Below are positions 1 to 12,460 of a stretch of 64,000 bases of DNA, piece after piece (the stretch's first letter is position 1; each line of letters begins with the position of its first letter). The stretch comes from Lama guanicoe. Lineage: Eukaryota. Position numbers and translations under genes: made by a program. Under the pieces are notes generated by a model. It was not told the origin of the DNA and searched no databases. It saw only the letters and a program-made list of their open reading frames with translations. Where the stretch lies: NCBI GenBank assembly GCA_013239625.1, contig MU054001.1, forward strand, positions 2,176,151-2,240,150, given 5' to 3'.

Positions 1-560
1 GAAAGTTTTTCAGAGGTGACATTGGAAATGGGCCTGGAAGGATCTGTAGTGCACTAGCCAGAGAAAAAGAGAAAAAAGAATTCTGGTGGAGGGAAAACAT
101 GTGCAAGACCATCGTGACCACTCCCACAAGTAGAGCTGGATATAATGGAAGCAGAGGGACCTGGTGGATGGGTGGGTGGAGGGAGTCTTGGGAAATGAAG
201 CCAAGCTCAGGCTGTGGAAAGCCTTTCCTGTGCTAGGGATTTTTGATTTTTTTTCGTGTGAGTTATAGGGAGCCATGGGCATTTTAAATAAGAGAAGAGG
301 CATGATAGACCTGTGATTAAAGAGAATCATATTGGAGAAAAGAAAGGTTGAGAGGAAGACTTGGTAGGAAACTATGGATACAGTCCAGGTGAGAGATGAT
401 AAGAGTCTAACTAGGGTCTCACTAGATAATGGAAGAGGAGGGTAGATTTGAGAGAGATTTAGGAGGTGGCATTGACACTGGGGACTGATTGGACAATAAA
501 GATAAAGGACAGGGAGGAATTGAGGGTGACTCTGAAGCCATCTATTGCCTGATGTGTTCA
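1..560 (-). mobile_element. L2 LINE fragment (ancient, degraded)
   Basis: Purine-rich antisense L2-like text (gaggtgacattggaaatgggcctggaagga...gtccaggtgagagatgat...agatttgagagagatttaggagg). The 10..561 ORF is incidental. Confidence 0.7.
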
Positions 561-649
561 TTTCAAGATGGGATGGAATTAGATGCAGTCTGATGGCTCA
601 TGTGCCCCAATGTCTAGTGGAAATGGTGTCATGCAGGGAACATTCTGTG

Positions 650-770
650 CTTCATTCATTTATTCTCATCCACTCACCTATTCATTCTTCTATTCATCCA
701 ACAAATATTAATTGAGAAATAATGCCTAGATGCCAGGTATTCTGCCAGTCACAAGGAATATGCTAAAAAC
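650..770 (-). mobile_element. L2 3' end
   Basis: ttcattcatt...caacaaatattaattgag...tgccaggtattctg is the reverse complement of the L2 tail. Confidence 0.65.
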
Positions 771-1154
771 TCAGAAAAAAAAGTCAAAAGCTAAATATCT
801 TAAGGCTTTAAAACAGCACAGCAGCACACCTGTCATCTTCTCGCTGTACCTATTGAGGTAGAACCTGGAAGTACATGTCATCTCTCCCCTGCCCTGACAT
901 AGGACCTTAGAAGTATGCAGAGGGATGTATTAGAAATACAGGTCACACCTTAAAGAACTAAAAATGAAGTTACCGTATGATCTAGCAATCTCACTCCTGG
1001 CCATATATTCAGAGAAAACTCTAACTCAAAAAGATTCTTGTGCCCCAATGTTCAGAGCAGGACTATTTACCATAGCCAAGACATGGAACCTAAGTGTCTA
1101 TTGACAGATGATTCCATAAAGAAAATGTGGTATATATACATATACATACATATA

Positions 1155-1161
1155 TAGATAT

Positions 1162-1212
<51 letters not shown>
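1155..1212 (+). repeat. (TAGA)n microsatellite
   Basis: Direct tandem run of gata/taga units inside the L1. Confidence 0.95.
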
Positions 1213-1214
<2 letters not shown>

Positions 1215-1585
1215 GGAATACTACTCAGCCATAAAAAAGAATGAAATAATGCCATTTGTAACAACATAAATGGACCTAGAGATTATCATACTAAGGAAGT
1301 TGGACAGAAAAAGACAAATACCATTTATCACTTATATGTGGAATATAAAAAGTGATACAAATGAACTTATTTACAAAACAGAAATAGACTCACAGACATA
1401 AAAAACCAAACTTATGGTTATCCAAGCGGAAAGGTGGGGAGGAATAAATTAGGAGTTTAGGATTAACAGATGCTACTACATATAAAACAGATAAAGAACA
1501 AGGTCCCACTATATACAACAGGGAACTATACTCAATAACTTGTAATAACCTAGGATGGAGAAGAATCTGAAAAACAATATATGTA

Positions 1586-2259
1586 CCAAACTGGAGATAC
1601 CTCAAAAGACTAGGAATAAACTTACCATATGACCCAGGAATCCCGCTCCTGGGCATATATCCAGAAGAAACCCTACTTCAAAATGACACCTGCACCCCAG
1701 TGTTCATAGCAGCACTATTTACAATAGACAAGACATGGAAACAGCCTAAATGTCCATCAGCAGATGACTGGATAAAGAAGCTGTGGTATATTTATACAAT
1801 GGAATACTATTCAGCCATTAAAAACTGACAACATAACGCCATTTGTAGCAACATGGATGTTCCTGGAGAATGTCATTCTAAATGAAGTAAGCCAGAAAGA
1901 GAAAGAAAAATCCTGTATGAGATCACTCCTATGTGGAATCTGAAAAAAACAAAAAAACAAAAAACAAAAACATAAATACAAAACAGAAACAGACTCATAG
2001 ACATAGAATACAAATTTGTGGTTGCCAAGAGGGCAGAGGGTGGGAAGGGACAGAGTGGGATTTCAAAATGCAGAATAGATAAACAAGATTATACTGTATA
2101 GCACAGGGAAATATATACAAGATCTTATGGTAGCTCACAGAGAAAAAAATGTGACAATGAATATATATATATGTTCATGTATAACTGAAAAATTGCGCTC
2201 TTCACTGGAATTTGACACGACATTGTAAAATGATTATAACTCAATAAAAAATGTTGAAA
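1586..2259 (+). mobile_element. Younger camelid-type 5'-truncated L1 nested in the older L1
   Basis: Closely matches the 3' end of the full-length L1 at ~29570-30240 (reverse complement). 15-bp TSD aaaacaatatatgta (1571-1585) / aaaagaatatatgta (2260-2274). Confidence 0.9.
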
Positions 2260-2719
2260 AAAAGAATATATGTATATAACTGAATCACTTTGCTGTATAC
2301 CAGAACACAACATTCTAAACCATCTATACATCAAAAGAAAAAAAAAAAAGGAAAAAAAAGAAATACTATTCACAGAAGGAGCAATGTGGTTGACCTGGGT
2401 GGGATACATGCTATCCTAGAGAGAAAAGGAATCTTTGGAGCTTTCTGAAGTGCCCCCTTTGCCATCACAGGTTCTCGTTTCACACGTGGGAATTTGTATT
2501 TCCTCTCTTACTTCACTCACCTTCTCACGAGAATTTTGATTTAAATACTTTCTGGAATTTTGGTCCCAGCAATGTGTCTCTCTTCTGTTGTACATTTTCC
2601 TTGGCACTCTTTCAGATATACGTGTTCTTCGATAATAATTGTTTGTTTTTTCTTAAAGTTAAAAAATATGTTATCTATCACAACACATCTGCATCATTCT
2701 CTATCTGGTTTTCTTTCCC

Positions 2720-2880
2720 CTCCAGCTTTATTAAGATAGAACTGACATCTGACACTGTCTACATTTCAGGTGGATAGTGTGACAATTTGTTACACGTGTA
2801 CACTGTGAAATGTTTACCACAAGAGTTAACACATCCTTTACCTCATGTGATGACCATTTTGTTGTTGTTGTTATGGTGAG
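2720..2880 (-). mobile_element. Old L1 3' end fragment
   Basis: cagctttattaagatagaactgaca...tgtgaaatgtttaccacaagagttaacacatcc resembles an antisense L1M 3'UTR. Confidence 0.6.
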
Positions 2881-4649
2881 TTCATCCTGCTTTTCTCCTA
2901 ATTATTTCGTACACAGGCTTTATTCTTTTCTCTGGAGAGTTTTTGTCCTTCCCCTCATCTTTATAGTCAACATATTCCTTTCATAGTACTTGATTTGCCT
3001 TTGATTTCCTTTTTATTCACTTAAATTTGATATGTTTCTGGCTAGAAATCGAATATATATATTTTACATTTTTTATCATGAAAAGTTTTGCATAAATGTA
3101 AAAATAGTAAATCCCCGTGTATCAGTCACGTCATTTCAACAATAATCCGCTCATGGCCAATCTTACTTCGAGCGACTTCCTTCTGTTTGCCTTCCCCTCC
3201 ACTTCCTGCTTTCCCACTGCTCTCTGCACTTGGATAAAGTCGAGTCTGCTGGAACCTGCCAGCTCTGCTGTCTACTGATACTGGCTATCTTTCACTTCTT
3301 CTGATTTTAGGTTCTGTCACTTCGGTCTAGATAACTTTGTAACAAGGAACTTGTATGCTCCTCCATCCTGGATTGCTTAAAATCTACTCTTTTTTTCTAC
3401 ATTCCACAATTATAGACTGTTTCTGTGTGAACAATGATGTATTAAATTTATGGACATTTCCATAAATGAGTTGACTTTAAGATACCCCCAACTCTACAAT
3501 ATGATTCTAATCAGCGCATTAATGAATGGGTACAGAAATGAGCCTACTTGCAAATTGCCAGATTAGATTTGTCCTTGTTTAACTAAAAGCTTTAACTAAA
3601 AGCAGGGCTTAAAATTCTGAAGATGATAAAGCTTCCTCCATGTCTGACCATTTCTTGGTCAAATTGTGCTTTTTAAAAGAATTTAAGAAATTTTTACTAT
3701 CTGTTGACAGATGAGGTTTAAACAATGGGATAAAGCCTAAATCATTACATAAATCACCATGTAAAATAATGCTGTTATTAATATCGTGTTTTAAAGTTAC
3801 TTTCTCCAGTTACAAAAATATTCTGACTTGAAAATAAAACTGTGAGCTGTGATTGATGTATTTTTTATGTGTCTGCTCAGGTCCTGCCTTCTTAATTGGT
3901 CTCAGTCAATTTCAGTGTGTTTTCTATGACATTTTCATCCTACAGCTGTCAAGCCAAAGAAAGAATTAATATCAATAATCCAGCGATCGGATTTAATCTG
4001 TAAGATTAGTCATCATTTAAGCTACAAAGACATAGCCTGAAAAGAAAACCCTCATCAATTTTTTCTCATGCGATAGTGTAAGGTGGGTATTCATATATAT
4101 GTGTAAAATCACACATTCGCATGTATTTTATTACATTCTTTGTGTTCTCGAAAACAATGTAAGCCACTGTGTTAAAAGAAACTGTCTTCTCCCAAATGGC
4201 ATATAGTCTACTCTTATTTCATTTCTCACATATCTAGAAGCAGCCTTAGCAGCTACTGAGTTTTGTCCTTAGAGGTTTTCATTTTTGTACATTTGTTTTA
4301 ACAAGCATTGATTGATATGCCATTTTCTCAATTACCAAGGCATTGCTAACTTTACTGTATAGATCACCAAATAAAGACAGAAAGGGAGAAAGCCAGAAAA
4401 CAGTGACAATAACACACTACAGCAATAAAATCTCTATGTCCCCTCCTTGTAAATTATTTTCCGTTCTACTGATTCAGTCTTGGCGTGTGTTGCTGCCATA
4501 GCTTAACAGACCAGGAGGCAAGGGAACAGAGAGCTTCAGCACTTTCCTGCTGTTGCACAACCACTGCTGCAAAGCCCTGTTTTATTACTTTATTTCAGGA
4601 TAAGTCACATGGACCAGTAAAGGCAAACTCTTAGGTAGAGAATCAGGTA

Positions 4650-4915
4650 GACCAATGTTTCCTAAAAGAGGCTCTTCAAGACATTAATCTGTGGAGATGC
4701 CCTTGGAACAGATGGGTCTGTTGGTCAAACATGTTTTGGAAAATTGTATAAAGTCTCATTCTGGATGGTCACAGTGCAAATTTGTTATGCTAAACGTTCT
4801 GAGAAATCCTGGAGTTAAAAAAAAAAACAGCTCAGTATAATTTTTCTTTAACTCAGTGTGTTTCACAGTAGAGCCTTTTTTTTTTTTCTCGCACATAATA
4901 CAATTCACTGGAAAG
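4650..4915. mobile_element. hAT-Charlie (MER103-like) fragment
   Basis: caatgtttcctaaa terminus and gttctgagaaatcctggag motif. A similar motif recurs near 62550. Confidence 0.45.
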
Positions 4916-5094
4916 GCGTAGGGAAACTTTTGCTTTAAGCCAATATCCATTTTCAATGACTTTGGTTAATAAAATGTACATCATAATCCCAGGTGCTTCA
5001 GGATATAGAATAATACTCAGATATAACCTCTGCTTTTAACACTCACAGCTTAAAAGCCCAAGAAAGCCAGTTAAGAGAGGCAGAAATCCATCCA

Positions 5095-5980
5095 TCAATC
5101 CATATATTCATTTGTTTTTTTAAATCAGCATTTATTAAAAACCTACTTTAGCCTAGGCAATGTGGAAAATATTGGTGACATAATGATGAAAAACCAAGCC
5201 TGAGGGAGGTAGGGTAGGTTTCCCAGCGGAAGCAATGGCTGGGCTGAATCTTAAAGGGTGAATAGATGAGTGGGCATTCAGCAGATAAAAGGAGTTGATT
5301 GTGGAAAGGTATTCCAGATAAAAGCAACTGCATATGCAAAGACATAGAAAATTAAGAGCATAGCAAATTCAGGGGATTGTAGGTGAATACACCCACTATT
5401 TATCAACATCTCTTGTTTATTTATATGTTGTCTTTCCTAATGGAATGTAAGTTCTGTGAGGTTTTTGGACTTTGTGATTTTTGCTGTTGTGTTCCCGGGG
5501 CTTAGCGTAGTATTCATCTTATAATAGGATCTTATTAAATTCTCATCAAATGAATGAGAAGTAGCCTGGCATTGCTGGAACCGACTGTCTTTGAAGGCAA
5601 GGTGGGAAGATGAGGCTGGGATTGTCGTGAGGAGCCTTGTGGGTTACAGTTGGACTTTTCCTGGTGGGTGAAAATGAATCGTTGAGGGGTTGTAAGGAGG
5701 GGAGTGCCTTGGTCAGGTTTGCAGTTTAGAAAGATTCCTCTGTGGGGAGAGAGGATGATGGCCTAGGACCTTTGAGACTGGGAACAGTAGGAGACTGTCG
5801 TAATAATGCAGGAAAGAAGAAGTGAGGGTCTGACCAGAGTGGTTGCTGTTGGGTGAAGAGGGGACAGTTTGTAGTATGTAGAAGAGACCAGCCATAGTGA
5901 CTGAATGGGACAGGGAAGGAAGGCAGGGAAGAAGGGAGGGGAAGGGTCAGCAAGGATTCCTATGTTTCTGATTCAGAAAG
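5095..5980 (-). mobile_element. L2 fragment(s), with an opposite-strand L2 tail at ~5400-5560
   Basis: catttattaaaacctac tail, purine-rich L2 body, and an internal gaatgtaagttctgtgagg...aaatgaatga tail. Confidence 0.65.
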
Positions 5981-5989
5981 TTGAAAAGA

Positions 5990-6525
5990 CTTTTTGTTAT
6001 GGAAATCTTCAAACATATACAAGGTAGAGAGAACATGTACTTGTCATGTTAACACAGAGTCCATTTGGCTTCATCAATCCTGACCTCTCTGCCTTATGTG
6101 CCTCACCTCTGCCCCAAGGGTTTTAAAGCAAATACCAGATACCCCATTATCTCATCCATAAATACTTCAGCATGTATTTCTAAGAGATAAGAATTGTTTC
6201 AAAACATAAACATAAAATCTTTAACACATCTAAAAAGTTAACATTAATTTCCTAGTATAATCAAATAGTCAGTATTCATACCATCTCAAAATGATGTTCT
6301 CTAATTGGTTTGCTCAAATTAGGATCCAAATCAAAGTCCACACATTGCATTTGGTTGGTATGGTTCTTAACTCTTCTTTTAATCTGTAACAATTCCCTTC
6401 CCATTTATTCATTGAAGAAACTAGGCCATTTATCCTATAGGATTTCCAAGTTTTGCTGATTGATTCCTGATGGCACCATTTATCATGCTTCTCTAACCCC
6501 TGATCTTGCAAATTGGTAGTTAGAC
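5990..6525 (-). mobile_element. Ancient L1M (L1MC/ME-like) 3' fragment
   Basis: tatggaaatcttcaaacatatacaaggtagagagaa...aggatccaaatcaaagtccacacattgcatttggttg. Confidence 0.6.
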
Positions 6526-7339
6526 CTTATTGTAACTTTCTATACGGAAGAGGTAATCCCTCAAGATACAGACTTTACTGGAGAACAGGGAAAGTGCCCT
6601 GTTGGGACTGATGGACAAAATGAGTACATATGTGGGTAAGGGTTTTAAGGGGTGCTGTCAAAACTATACACAAATAGTTATTGGGAGGTGTGTTTGGGTC
6701 ACCCAACATGGATTGCTGCCACCGCCTATAACTAAATGCCTTTGGAAAGGAAAGGAAAAGACAGTGAGAAGCCCTCTGGGTGCCTTTTTGAGAGCCATCC
6801 ATTTGGTGGATACAGCAGTGTCACCTGGTCTATATTTTCAAAAGCTTTTGCCTTTCAACAGGAGTGTTTACTTATTATTTGAAGGGATGTGAGAGCCATG
6901 CCTGTGGGGCCTTATTTGGGGTTAGTTAGCTGAGAGGAATTGTGTTACCCACAATTGAGTCTGCTTAAGTCATGAGTTTATCACCATATACCTTGTTTTC
7001 TTTCCATCATGTGTCCTCTAAGGGGCACTAATAGACACTTTTGAAGAACCTGCTTAGAAAGATGTAAGCTGTGCTTTACCTGTTATGATTGTGTTTTTTT
7101 AATAGAGGCTGTTTAACTGGAAACACAGTGTGCAGAGTACACATGTACAAGGAAACCTAAGTCTAGTGTTGGCCTATATTTGGTCCTGATATTGTTTGGT
7201 TTTATCCGCCTGGATCTTTTCTGGAAAGTGAATGAAGTGAACCAGCTATTATATCTAAGAGTTGGTTTCACACTACCTCTGTCTTGAAATCCAGGGAAAC
7301 TCACCTCATCTAAAGGAACTTTATTTCCATTTACTAAAC

Positions 7340-7575
7340 AGTTACATAGAACCTATTAAGTGTCAGACATTGTTATAAATATTTCATACATAGTAGCTCA
7401 TTTAATCCTCATAACAACCCTTTGAAGCAGACACAATCATTATCCCCATTTTGTAGATGAAGAAACTGAGGCACAGAGAAGTTAAGTAACTTGCCTGCAG
7501 TTACATGGCTGATAAATAGCAGAGTAGTATTTAAATCTGATCTGGCTCTAGAGTTTATCCTCTTAGCGACTATGA
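7340..7575 (-). mobile_element. MIR SINE
   Basis: MIR core: tccccattttgtagatgaagaaactgaggcacagagaagttaagtaacttgcc. Confidence 0.9.
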
Positions 7576-7644
7576 TATGTTGCCTACTGGCACCAATAGT
7601 CAAAATTAAAATGACCTTAGGACTTAAAAGGAGTCATGGCAGTT

Positions 7645-7900
7645 GAAGTGCAGTGGTTTAGGGTGTGAGTTTGGGCATCACACAGACCAGGGTTAAATCC
7701 TGACTTTGTCACTTAGTGGTGGTGGAGTAAGAGTATGTTTTTACCTCTCTGAGCCTCTGTTTTTCTCCTCTGTAAGCTGGGGGTTGTACTTCTGGTTTTT
7801 CAAATTTGTTGTGAGGATAAAATGGCATGATGTGGTCAAGGCAACTGATACAGCTCTTAGACTACAGTAAGTCGTTTAAAATGGTGGCCGTTATTATCAT
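7645..7900 (+). mobile_element. MIR SINE
   Basis: cagtggtttag...gggttaaatcctgactttgtcactt...acctctctgagcctctg...gttgtgaggataaaatg. Confidence 0.8.
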
Positions 7901-8164
7901 GGCATCATTCTAAAGAAACATCACAGCTTCGTGCGCAGCGGACAGTGCTGCGAAGGGGACCGCCGTCGTTCCTCGGTGCTCAGCCAGACGTGATGAGAGT
8001 AGTTGGGTTGTCCAGATAATTACATGGAAGTTGATCCCATGTCTTTACTATTCTGTTAAACACAATAGGGACCACACACAGAAAAAGGATTAACAGAGCA
8101 AACTTACATGTATAACGTTTAGGAAATGCTTTCACATACATTATCTCATTAGGTACAAATCAAT

Positions 8165-8358
8165 GGAGAGCTGGCTCATGGAACAGACTGGATGCATCTC
8201 TTCCCATCTCTGCGTTCAGTGATTTCACAGTGGTAGGCATTGGTGGTGGGAGCATTTACACCATTGAAATCAGCAAATGGGACAAATTGGTGTTTTGTTT
8301 TGTTCCATTTTTTACTACCAGAAGGCTGATTGTTAAACATTTATAAGCACAACTCCAT
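8165..8358. mobile_element. MER63-like hAT element
   Basis: agcatttacaccattgaaatcagcaaa and tgttaaacatttataagcacaac resemble recalled MER63 motifs. Confidence 0.5.
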
Positions 8359-8359
8359 C

Positions 8360-8570
8360 ACTAGGCACTGTTTCAGGTACTTAGCATGCATTAACTAAAT
8401 CTTAACAGCCCTATGAAGTGGCTACTATTTTACCTTCATTCTCAGAATGGGAAACTGAGGCACAGAGAGGTAAAGTAAATTGCCCAAAATAGTGCAACTA
8501 GCAGGTGGAAAAAGCCATGATTCAAACCCAGGAGCCCCGCCTGCAGACCCAGACTCTTAATTGTCACAGG
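8360..8570 (-). mobile_element. MIR SINE
   Basis: gaaactgaggcacagagaggtaaagtaaattgcccaa...gattcaaacccagg. Confidence 0.85.
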
Positions 8571-9257
8571 TTACTGTCTCTCCGAGTCTACCATGCTGTC
8601 ATAATATGGTTCTGTCCCTTGGGAGATGAGAAACAGAGGCACAGTGCAATTACAGAATCAGGCATACATGCATTCAACAATTCTTTTTGAATGCCTGCTA
8701 TATGGCACACTGTCTGGAGGAGGTTAAGAATGGTAAGGTGAGTCAGTGATATGTAAAACCTGCCTCCTCTCCCTTTGCCCCTAACTAGACTGTGAACTCT
8801 TCGGGAACACAGACCATGACTCATTTCTCCCCAAGAACTAGCATGGAACCTGACACATATTCACTGTCAACTAAGTGAATGAAAAAGGCTGATTGGGCAA
8901 GACCACCTAGTGGGGATACGGGCCATTTTACATTCAACATCCTTCCTTTCAGAAAGAGAGAGGCTATTGCACCACGTGGGTATGATGGTCTCCAACAAAG
9001 CAGGTCTGCCGTTCCTCTGCACGGTGTTTCCTGCTTCGTTGAAGAGTCTGGGAACTGAGCTAGGAGGCCAACCCCCAGTCTATAACTCCCAGGGATCTGT
9101 CATCCAGACTGTAAGTTGACCCATGAATGAAGATGGACTCTGAGATACTCAGGCCAGTCCTCTTTCTGATGAAGATAGATGTCAGGGAGGAAGCCCAGGT
9201 CAAGCTGTGTCGCAGGTGAAACATTGTCAGGCTGAGAGAGGGCTGAGGGGTGAGTGA

Positions 9258-9388
9258 CATGACCATACAAGTTATTGTCTAATTCAGGGTACTTTTGAGA
9301 ACCAAAGGGTTGCTATTAATAATTGCACTGGGACAACAGCCATAAACCTGGACCATCCCAGGCAAATTGCAGTGAACAGTTACCCTAT
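9258..9388 (+). mobile_element. MER81-like hAT MITE
   Basis: tgaccatac...acttttgaga...ctattaataattgcactgggacaacagccataaacctggac...gttacccta. Confidence 0.65.
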
Positions 9389-11924
9389 TTTGGGCTCAGA
9401 TAGGGAAACATCACAAATTAAAGATAGCACATAATTTGGTAGAAGCTCTAGACGGATCTAAAACATCAGTGTTCTGCTCCTACCTCTGCCCGCTCCCAGC
9501 ATGTCACCCTTGAGCCACTTATTTCTTATGTAAGGCATTAAAATAGATCAGAGGCTCTCAACTATTTTTCTCCTTAGTGGAATATTTCTTTTCAAATAAT
9601 TCTTACCCAAGGACATTTTGGAAGATCTCCAAGCACTCTTATAGCTTTGGTATTGCTGAGTTGTAGGAATAAGATTTATTTTGCCTCTTTATCTTTCTGC
9701 TTCTTAATTTTGATTTTATCCTTAGAATGAAATGGTTCTTCATAAATGACGCAACCTGTGAGCCCTGGGAGAGACCTCAGAATCAGCTTCTTCATTTACA
9801 CATTAGGACCCTGAAGTCCAAGAGGGTCCAAGCTCACGTAGCCAGACACACACGGGTGGCTTCACTTGGCCTTATTAACACAGCAATCAGTATATGCTTA
9901 AAAACCTCCAGTATTTAAAATACTTGTTATGCATGATCATTGTAGAAAATGTAGAAAACACAAGTACACCAAAAAAAGAAAATATAAATCAACCTTCAAA
10001 ACTTACATAGAACCACTCTAATGATTCTGGTTTATATATATCCTTTCAGACCTTCCCCCTCCCCTCCTATTTCCAGTGCTCTTTTCATCTGTCAAGTTCT
10101 TATTTTTTCCATTGTGCTACTTTTTCCAGACTTCCATGTCATCCTATGGTTTTCTTGAAATTATAGCTAAAGAACATAGTTCGTAAGTTGATCAGTCTAT
10201 CAACAGTTGCACTTGAATGCAATCGGAAAAGGGTATTTTGGTATAGAGGGGAGCAGAAGGAACAGGGGAGGGGGATGCTGAGTGAAGCTCACATTTCTGA
10301 TTGGTCAGCTACAAGCCAGTGAAGGGTCAACTGAGTCCAGACATCAAGCAATCAAAAATGGGGATCTGTCAAATGCTCCTGCTCTGGGAAGTGCTCTGGA
10401 AGTGGGGGGAAGATTATGGGGCATAATGTGAAGGCAAGACAAAGTTGACTTTCAACTTTTCAAGAAGGCCTGCACCCCAGAGTCCTGCATCCAGTTGTCA
10501 ATGGCCACATACATTGTTGGCTCCCAGACATCCCCACGTCTCAACTTACACCTGCTCCTAAAACTTTTGCTGGAATTAATTGCACCTTGATAGAGCCCTT
10601 GATTTTTATTAAAAGTGAAAAATAGAGCCTGCTAAATTAAATCACAGAGATGATCCTGAAAGCTGCTTCATGACTCCAGGACACAATTTAGGGCCACCAG
10701 GTGAGAAGCTCATGGTGGAGAAGAAAATTTACAAAAGGGAACCCAAAAATAAAATATGTGTTTCTCAGGCACCATTGCTTTCCAAAGATGTTAAAATCTC
10801 ATTTCACAAAGGTTCCTTGATCGAAACAGTTTCTTAATCAAAAACCACTCTTAATTTGTCCTGTCAGTGTTCACTCCAGGTAGAAATATGCCCTCAGACC
10901 TTTGCAACTGACCAGGGACTGTCTTTTATTACGCAGATTAGACACAGCCAGCCTCCATCAACCAGTTCTGGACACCATATTTGCATAATGACTCCCTTCC
11001 TTAAAGATGGGCAGTTAAAACCAAATAGTTTTTGAATTTCTTTTGTGGAATGGCTGCCTCTTTATTTAATGTTGAAAATTAAAGGGAGTTGAGGAAGGGT
11101 ACCCACTAAACAGGCTCTTTAAATACTGCCTCTGTAATTATCTGTGGAATTAAACCCGCAGAACCCACATTAACTCTCATCAGAGAATGGAATTATGAGA
11201 ATTCTTATTAACAGCAGCTCCAGACTCAACTCACAGTATTTACTTGAGTAATTATTATTGGTAAAGGCTGGGATTAATTTTTTTTTAAGCTGAAGAAAAT
11301 AAATTCTTAGCAATTGCCTTCCTTGGACCCACAGGAGGAGACAAAGAAATGTGAACTTTTATTTTAGGGAGAAAAAAAATTATTTTGAAATGTAATTTTG
11401 CTCTGATATCTGAGGGAATTCTTATGCAAGGCGTTTTTGTATGTAAAGGATTATATGTCACCAATGCAAAATGAAATACAAAATAAACCAAAGAGCTATG
11501 AATGTCCTAAGTGCAGAAAATAATATATAATTTATGATACTTTAAATCTCATTAAAAACACTAGCTTTTGTAGCTTCCTAGCAACCAATTCTCAGGAGTC
11601 TGTCTTTAAAGAGGTTGGCTCTCCCCAAGCTCGGGGTCCAAAGCTTTAATAAATGAAGCCCATATGGTGACTATATGAAGGTTCCCTGTGTGCAGGCTGT
11701 TTGTCTGGGTGTTCTCGAAAGCCTCATATGATAGCTTATAATTTGCTAATCCAATATAATAAACATGAAAGCACTTTGTTAAACTAATATTCAGTGTCTA
11801 AATTAAACCAGTCAAGGCTGGAGAGTTAGAGAGCAAGTTGGGAGATTGTAGTTGCAGCCTTGATTCTGAATGGAACATACAGGATTTAAAAAGATGGTGA
11901 TGGGGATCCACTACATCCACTTTT

Positions 11925-12050
11925 TCACTTCACATTCATAATGACCCTGGGAAGTAGAGCTGGTTTCATTGTGCCCATTTGTCAGATGGAGATACTCAGG
12001 CTCAGAAAGTTAAGTCATTGCAGCAAATACTGGTAAAGTCAGGGCAGGGA
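11925..12050 (-). mobile_element. MIR fragment
   Basis: cccatttgtcagatggagatactcaggctcagaaagttaagtcattg. Confidence 0.65.
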
Positions 12051-12199
12051 GCGCTGCTGCAGGTGTGCAAATTTGAAACTTGTGGTGAACTCTGATGAAG
12101 TTTTCACCAGGCTGCAGCAAAACAGAAAAAAGGACAAACAATGAATTTTTCTAATAAAGCAAAAGAAACAAGCTTCTAAAACAGGGATTATTTGGGGAT

Positions 12200-12460
12200 A
12201 TTTTCTTTTTTTTTAATTCTTTTTTTATTGAAGTGTGGTTGATTTACAATGTTAGTTTCAGGTGTACAGCAAAGCGGTTCAGTTATACTTATACATATAT
12301 ACATATATATATTTTCATATTCTTTTCCATTACAGCTCATAACAAGAAATTGAATATAGTTCCCTGTGCTATACAGTAGGTCCTTGTTGTTTATCAATTT
12401 TGTGTATAATAATATCTATTAATCCCAAAGTCCTAATTTATCTCTCCCTGCCCCAGTAAC
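12200..12460 (-). mobile_element. 5'-truncated L1 3'UTR
   Basis: PolyT, then ttattgaagtgtggttgatttacaatgttagtttcaggtgtacagcaaag...tccctgtgctatacagtaggtccttg. Confidence 0.85.

Larger units (their letters stand above)
948..2358 (+). mobile_element. Older 5'-truncated L1 (ORF2 end + 3'UTR + polyA), interrupted by a younger L1
   Basis: L1 ORF2 C-terminal text (ttaccgtatgatctagcaatctcactcctggcc), 3'UTR and A tail 2333-2358. Degenerate 16-bp TSD agaaatacaggtcaca (932-947) / agaaatactattcaca (2359-2374), preceded by TT. Confidence 0.85.

Noticed and set aside
7340..7900. Inverted MIR pair as a hairpin/miRNA precursor (similarly ~25880-26220)
   Set aside because: The copies are too diverged for a long stem, and such pairs are expected at this MIR density.
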